Below the pieces are notes generated by a model. That model saw nothing but the letters and a program-made list of their open reading frames with translations. It had not been told where the DNA came from and did no database searches. Made by a program: the position numbers and the translations under genes. 32,000 nucleotides of DNA from IMG/VR virus record IMGVR_UViG_3300033144_005525, positions 31,402 to 63,401 of that record; one strand, written 5' to 3'. The stretch is from a virus. Shown in pieces: positions 28,465 through 32,000 of the stretch (positions within the stretch are counted from its first letter, which is position 1; each line of letters begins with the position of its first letter).

Positions 28465-28538
28465 TGCCCCCGGGCGGATTTGAACCACCGACGCACGGCT
28501 CTTCAGGCCGTCGCTCTACCAAGCTGAGCTACAAGGGC
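28465..28538 (-). tRNA. tRNA-Phe(GAA)
   Basis: Anticodon arm ACGGC-CTGAAGA-GCCGT, D-arm GCTC-AGCTTGGTA-GAGC. Confidence 0.85.
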
Positions 28539-28654
28539 ATAATTCGGGGCGTGGTTGCGCCCCGTCATCATTCACACTATTCAATTACCACTACTACTAG
28601 CCATGCAGCGCCGTGAACCAGTCAATCAAGATGGCCACACGCACGCCATCGCTA

Positions 28655-28728
28655 TGGTTCGGGATTCAGGATTCGAACCTGAGATGAGCGGGTCAGAGCC
28701 GCTAGTGATACCGTTTCACCAATCCCGA
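28655..28728 (-). tRNA. tRNA-Gln(CTG)
   Basis: Anticodon arm AGCGG-CTCTGAC-CCGCT, U1-A72. CCA encoded. Confidence 0.85.
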
Positions 28729-28731
28729 TCG

Positions 28732-28806
28732 TGGTACCCCCGGAGGGACTCGAACCCACAACCAACCGGTTAAAAGCCGGGTGCTCTACCATTGAGCTAC
28801 GGAGGC
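28732..28806 (-). tRNA. tRNA-Lys(TTT)
   Basis: Anticodon arm CCCGG-CTTTTAA-CCGGT, D-arm GCTC-AATGGTA-GAGC. CCA encoded. Confidence 0.85.
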
Positions 28807-28929
28807 ATGATCGTCATCCTCCGTGCGTTTTCCCTCTCCGTGAGAACAGTCCAGGCAACCGCAGGTGGCGCAGATCTCGCCCCCTCTTGCCCAGCAGCAG
28901 TCCTCACAATTGCATCTCCAGTCACACAT
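28786..28929 (-). CDS. Cys-rich mini-protein (47 aa)
   Basis: AGGAGA SD 6 nt before the ATG (MCDWRCNCEDCCWARGGEICATCGCLDCSHGEGKRTEDDDHASVAQW). 9 Cys in the first 28 aa. The stop lies inside tRNA-Lys(TTT). Confidence 0.45.
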   Translation of the reverse strand: MCDWRCNCEDCCWARGGEICATCGCLDCSHGEGKRTEDDDHASVAQW

Positions 28930-28939
28930 CGTTTTCTCC

Positions 28940-29027
28940 TGGTGGGGGTAGGAGGGTTCGAACCTCCAATGCCCTTAAGGCGCCCGGGTTACAGCCGGGT
29001 ACGGGTACCAACTCCCGCGCCACCCCC
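28940..29027 (-). tRNA. tRNA-Tyr(GTA)
   Basis: Class II, 88 nt. Anticodon arm CCCGG-CTGTAAC-CCGGG, long variable arm. CCA encoded. Confidence 0.85.
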
Positions 29028-29061
29028 AAACCGAAAAACCACCCGAGGTTTCCCTGGGTGG
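29028..29061 (-). terminator. rho-independent terminator
   Basis: Minus-strand CCACCCAGG-GAAA-CCTCGGGTGG followed by TTTTTCGGTTT. Confidence 0.6.
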
Positions 29062-29089
29062 CTTCCTAGCGGTGTATCGATCAGTCCTG

Positions 29090-29251
29090 CTAGGTTGCCA
29101 CCCCTCCATAATTCCAGACCAAGCTCTTCGGGGACGCTATATGCGAGGTCTGGGGCTGCTCTTCGAAACCGAAGCGCACGCACGAATCCAGACCTGCGAG
29201 GGTAATCCTCGCGGCTGGTTTTAGTGTCGTGGCTTGGGATCTGGAAGTCAT
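29090..29251 (-). CDS. 53-aa ORF or structured RNA (ambiguous)
   Basis: AAGGA before the ATG at 29251 (MTSRSQATTLKPAARITLAGLDSC...). The region is also highly self-complementary (GGTCTGG...CCAGACC, GCGAGG-ATTAC-CCTCGC). Confidence 0.3.
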   Translation of the reverse strand: MTSRSQATTLKPAARITLAGLDSCVRFGFEEQPQTSHIASPKSLVWNYGGVAT

Positions 29252-29267
29252 TGTCCTTTTCTCTCGG

Positions 29268-29340
29268 TAGCGGGCGCCGGAGTCCAACCGACTGTCTCTG
29301 GGTTATGAGCCCAACGTGTAAGGCGTTTCACTCGCCCGCA
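29268..29340 (-). tRNA. initiator-like tRNA-fMet(CAT)
   Basis: Anticodon arm TTGGG-CTCATAA-CCCAG with three consecutive G-C pairs closing the loop. Positions 1-72 are unpaired. T-arm GTCGG-TTGGACT-CCGGC. Confidence 0.7.
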
Positions 29341-29347
29341 TGCTTGC

Positions 29348-29377
29348 AGTATAGCAGCCCTCGACAACGTGAGCCAA
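29348..29377 (-). promoter_or_regulatory. sigma70-like promoter facing the tRNA array
   Basis: Minus strand reads TTGGCT-N18-TATACT, with 7 nt to the 5' end of the initiator-like tRNA. Confidence 0.45.
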
Positions 29378-29400
29378 GCAGAAGAGCCTCAACCTAAGAA

Positions 29401-29619
29401 ATGAGACGTATGGAAGACCCAGAGAATTGTGCGGAAGAACTACTAGAGACTTGGATCAACGGAAACAGAAAGGATGTGATGCGGGCTCTCGGCAACATGT
29501 CCAGCATGAGAGCTGCCTGCGTCGCTTCAAGAATTGTCTGGAAAATGACAGCAGAGGACGGAGGGAAGTTCGATATGGCCTATGACTTTATCCGCATGAT
29601 GGAGAGAAGACTTGGTTGA
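29401..29619 (+). CDS. hypothetical protein
   Basis: 72-aa ORF. Confidence 0.45.
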   Translation: MRRMEDPENCAEELLETWINGNRKDVMRALGNMSSMRAACVASRIVWKMTAEDGGKFDMAYDFIRMMERRLG

Positions 29620-29827
29620 GTTCAAAGACACTCGCACGTTCTCTGTAGGAGATCAGAAGTTCTACCCGATGATGTTGCTAAAGGGAGACCTCTCGAAGAT
29701 GCAACACGTCATATTGTTCAAAGGAGCTCTAAAGAGAGCGGGCCTAGATCCCAACGAGGGGACTCTATTCTACTGTGAGGAGGGTGATGAATACGGGATG
29801 GTGTTTCTACCTGGAGAAAAGATTTAG
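29612..29827 (+). CDS. hypothetical protein
   Basis: 71-aa ORF with a TTG start overlapping the upstream gene. Confidence 0.45.
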   Translation: MVEFKDTRTFSVGDQKFYPMMLLKGDLSKMQHVILFKGALKRAGLDPNEGTLFYCEEGDEYGMVFLPGEKI

Positions 29828-30123
29828 TGGGAGTGACTTCAGAAGTACAAGAGAAGCTCTTCCAAAAGAGGGTGAAGAAGCTGAAGGAGATCGTGGGATC
29901 CACTGCACCCGTCCGCAACAAACCTCTGCTCGAGCGCGTACGGCATGAGATCCAAGACAGGATGCACTCAGGTGAGTTCGTCCTCGCTGTTTGCGATCAC
30001 TGCTTCACCGAGCTCTACCGACCAGAACAAAGTGGATCTGAGGTAGTGTGCCCAGGATGTGGGGATAAGTCTTCATTTCCCTGTAGCGCAGCTACCGCAA
30101 GACTCACTCGGCAGAAGGCATAA
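29827..30123 (+). CDS. zinc-ribbon protein
   Basis: CDHC...CPGCG motif. Confidence 0.5.
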   Translation: MGVTSEVQEKLFQKRVKKLKEIVGSTAPVRNKPLLERVRHEIQDRMHSGEFVLAVCDHCFTELYRPEQSGSEVVCPGCGDKSSFPCSAATARLTRQKA

Positions 30124-30182
30124 GAAGTTTGAGCCGAGTAACGTCCTTACGTCTATCTACTAACACCTAACCAAGGATCGTA

Positions 30183-30431
30183 ATGTCATTCCGTTGTGAA
30201 GAATGCGGACAATCGCAAGAGTCCGGTACCACCCCAAACATGGTGGTTATCGAGACCAGGGACATGGAGTACAGCAACAGAGGCAGCTTCTCTTTGGGGA
30301 AAGAAACCGTCTCCGAGAAGAAGATGTGCGGCCCCTGCACCCCCAAGGATGCGACAGAACCAGCGGTCTCCACGATTCCCACGTACGAAGACGGAACTCC
30401 CGTTGTGGGGATGAACACGAAGACCAATTAG
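30183..30431 (+). CDS. zinc-ribbon protein
   Basis: CEECG...CGPC motif. Confidence 0.5.
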   Translation: MSFRCEECGQSQESGTTPNMVVIETRDMEYSNRGSFSLGKETVSEKKMCGPCTPKDATEPAVSTIPTYEDGTPVVGMNTKTN

Positions 30432-30445
30432 TCCGGTACAAGATC

Positions 30446-30643
30446 ATGGGTCTGTGGAAGAACGAGCACGTACCTACTCTGTGGGAACGCTTCCGTTGCT
30501 GGATACGTCGAGGACACAACTGGCATAGAGGTGCCCCACTGTCTGTGTTCTCTAAGAGCACGGAGAGGAGGAGAGTCTTTCGAGCCTGCAGTCACTGCGG
30601 GATAGTCCAGTCCAGGACCCGGATCTCAGCTACCGACCACTAG
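30446..30643 (+). CDS. small Cys-motif protein (GHNWH...CSHCG)
   Basis: Internal ATG of ORF 30203-30643. The motif resembles the 16423-16647 product. Confidence 0.4.
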   Translation: MGLWKNEHVPTLWERFRCWIRRGHNWHRGAPLSVFSKSTERRRVFRACSHCGIVQSRTRISATDH

Positions 30644-30652
30644 GAGACGCCT

Positions 30653-30823
30653 ATGGTCGACGCCGCACACGATGAAGAGTGTGAGGAATGTGAAGGCTTC
30701 GGAGTCATTGAATCCTTCGAAGACAGGTGGTGCTACTTAAGGGAGTGCCACTACACAGTAGAGGTCGAAGCGGAATGTCCCTCCTGTGATGGGTCGGGGA
30801 AGAAGGTCCACGAAGATGAGTAA
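30653..30823 (+). CDS. DnaJ-type zinc-finger mini-protein (56 aa)
   Basis: AGGAG SD. Two CxxCxGxG motifs (CEECEGFG, CPSCDGSG). Below the ORF-track size cut-off. Confidence 0.45.
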   Translation: MVDAAHDEECEECEGFGVIESFEDRWCYLRECHYTVEVEAECPSCDGSGKKVHEDE

Positions 30824-31037
30824 GACGATTTGTATCAGATGTGGGCCATACGACCACAGCTCCTGCGGATACGTGCGGGGACTGTGTCATGTCTGCGGAG
30901 ACGGGCTGGAGAAAGAGGCTAAGTCACGGGGTTTCAGTCTCAAAAAACCTCCCATACTTGCCGAGAATGACGAAAGGACTCTCAAGGGCACACAGCTATG
31001 GTTTTGGAGAGGGCAATGGAGGGCCTTACTACCATGA
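30816..31037 (+). CDS. Cys-rich small protein
   Basis: ATGAGTAA overlap with the previous stop. CIRCG...CHVCG motif. Confidence 0.45.
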   Translation: MSKTICIRCGPYDHSSCGYVRGLCHVCGDGLEKEAKSRGFSLKKPPILAENDERTLKGTQLWFWRGQWRALLP

Positions 31038-31234
31038 GCAGTTTTTCTTCTTTCATCCCACAACCTGCAGAGAACTTGGATGAGGAGTACGAACAGATCA
31101 AGAAGGCAATCAAAAGAAGGACCAAGTGGAAACTTCTGCAGCGACCTGAGTGCGATCTATGTACTCGAATCGCTATTTGGAAACACCCGCAAGGCGGACT
31201 TCGATGTGACGTCTGCCCCAGACCAGAAGAATGA
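31034..31234 (+). CDS. Cys-containing small protein
   Basis: ATGA overlap. CDLC...CDVC motif. Confidence 0.45.
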   Translation: MSSFSSFIPQPAENLDEEYEQIKKAIKRRTKWKLLQRPECDLCTRIAIWKHPQGGLRCDVCPRPEE

Positions 31235-31278
31235 TCCGTAAACTCTGTCCGGCAGTCGAGTCGTCATAGACTCGACGC

Positions 31279-31497
31279 ATGGCAGTATTCAATTCACGAT
31301 TCACCGCTCCTATCGACGATAGGAGAAAACTCCATATCATCCACGAAGACCGGAGTCCTCAATTCATCTTCTGCATCCAGAAGAATGGAAAGAGTATCTG
31401 GAAGTCTCGGATCACCTTCTCTCTGAACAAGGGAATGGTGTATCGGATGGCGGAATGGATCCTATCCCACAGGGATGCTGAGGGAGAGCATAGGTGA
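31279..31497 (+). CDS. hypothetical protein
   Basis: 72-aa ORF. Confidence 0.4.
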   Translation: MAVFNSRFTAPIDDRRKLHIIHEDRSPQFIFCIQKNGKSIWKSRITFSLNKGMVYRMAEWILSHRDAEGEHR

Positions 31498-31516
31498 ACC
31501 AACTGAAAGGCGACTA

Positions 31517-31699
31517 ATGTCTCAAGAAGAGAACTGTTACTACTGCGACGAACCCCTCACGAAGGACGGCAGTGCGGATTGGTGCTGGATCAAAACAGGT
31601 CCAGACGGGAGTGACGCTGTATCTATGAAGGTCCACGACACTTGCGCTGCTCCGATCATCAAAGCGGCCAAAGCGGCCAAAGACGCTAAGGAGACGTAG
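31517..31699 (+). CDS. small Cys-containing protein
   Basis: Internal ATG (MSQEENCYYCDEPL...). Confidence 0.45.
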   Translation: MSQEENCYYCDEPLTKDGSADWCWIKTGPDGSDAVSMKVHDTCAAPIIKAAKAAKDAKET

Positions 31700-31701
31700 T
31701 C

Positions 31702-32000
31702 ATGAAGATCACGTTCCCAGAGGACAGCAAGGATCTGATGGAGTGGTTTCTTCCGTGGATCCAACGGCACGATGGGTCCGTCCTGATCTACAAGGACTCC
31801 GCCAGCGAGCAAATACAGTTCATACGAGACGCCATCGCTCCTATGGTGCTGTCCGGCACTTCGTACTACGAGAACCTCATAGAGATCAGCGACGCAAAAG
31901 GAGGGAAAAGAGAGGTCTGTCGCTCGTCTCTAGTTGTAGGAGAACACACATCCAAGAGCGTCGTCCTACCTGTCTACGCCTTCGAGCGCCCGGACCTGGG
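31702..32000 (+). CDS. hypothetical protein (5' part, runs off window)
   Basis: AAGGAG SD before the ATG at 31702. Open to the window end (MKITFPEDSKDLMEWFLPWIQRHDG...). Confidence 0.5.
   Translation, partial: MKITFPEDSKDLMEWFLPWIQRHDGSVLIYKDSASEQIQFIRDAIAPMVLSGTSYYENLIEISDAKGGKREVCRSSLVVGEHTSKSVVLPVYAFERPDL

Noticed and set aside
29028-29267. tmRNA or RNase P RNA candidates in the tRNA-free structured blocks (also 27742-27877 and 27055-27262).
   Set aside because: There is no tRNA-like domain formed by 5'/3' ends with a G-U Ala identity pair, and no tag reading frame or resume-codon context. The conserved RNase P P4-type sequences are absent, and the lengths are too short.
16914-29340. The recurring ~17-nt GG(A/T)TCGAA-centred motifs could be mistaken for a CRISPR-like or dispersed repeat family.
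   Set aside because: Each copy is the T-arm of a tRNA with flanking acceptor, anticodon and D arms. Spacing follows tRNA lengths, not a repeat-spacer periodicity.
1-32000. Stop-codon reassignment, which is often associated with large phages carrying many tRNAs.
   Set aside because: Recognisable genes (thyX, PARP, HNH, metallophosphoesterase, protease) are full-length and uninterrupted under the standard code. No suppressor-anticodon tRNA was found.

Overview
The window looks like part of a large tailed-phage genome with three zones.

(1) 1-16.9 kb holds small phage ORFs. These include an HNH endonuclease, a sigma-70 region-4-like regulator, a membrane-protein cluster and ThyX. There is also a eukaryote-type WGR+PARP enzyme with an intact H-Y-E triad, a metzincin protease, a Spo11/TopoVI-A-like Toprim protein, two cell-wall hydrolases and an RHH regulator.

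(2) 16.9-29.3 kb is a ~12.4-kb array of about 45 minus-strand tRNA or tRNA-like genes, with anticodons for all 20 amino acids. An initiator-like tRNA sits next to a sigma70-like promoter. Mostly plus-strand small ORFs are interleaved. So are tRNA-related enzymes: a PTH2 peptidyl-tRNA hydrolase, a PNK-like kinase, a metallophosphoesterase and a GNAT. Three HNH endonuclease genes also lie in the array.

The most unusual signals are in this array:
- Two HNH+intact-tRNA cassettes each lie between the two halves of a broken tRNA gene.
- One tRNA carries a 77-nt structured insertion in its anticodon loop.
- Three tRNA-like genes have aberrant anticodon arms (a 9-nt loop in one, elongated arms in two).
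- Four short-variable-arm tRNAs carry Leu anticodons.
- Several structured spacers are not tRNAs.

(3) 29.4-32 kb holds plus-strand small Cys-rich ORFs.

I recognised no rRNA, CRISPR, integrase or transposase. All RNA folds and protein-family calls were made by eye, so tRNA ends are good to about +/-3 nt and nothing was checked against databases.
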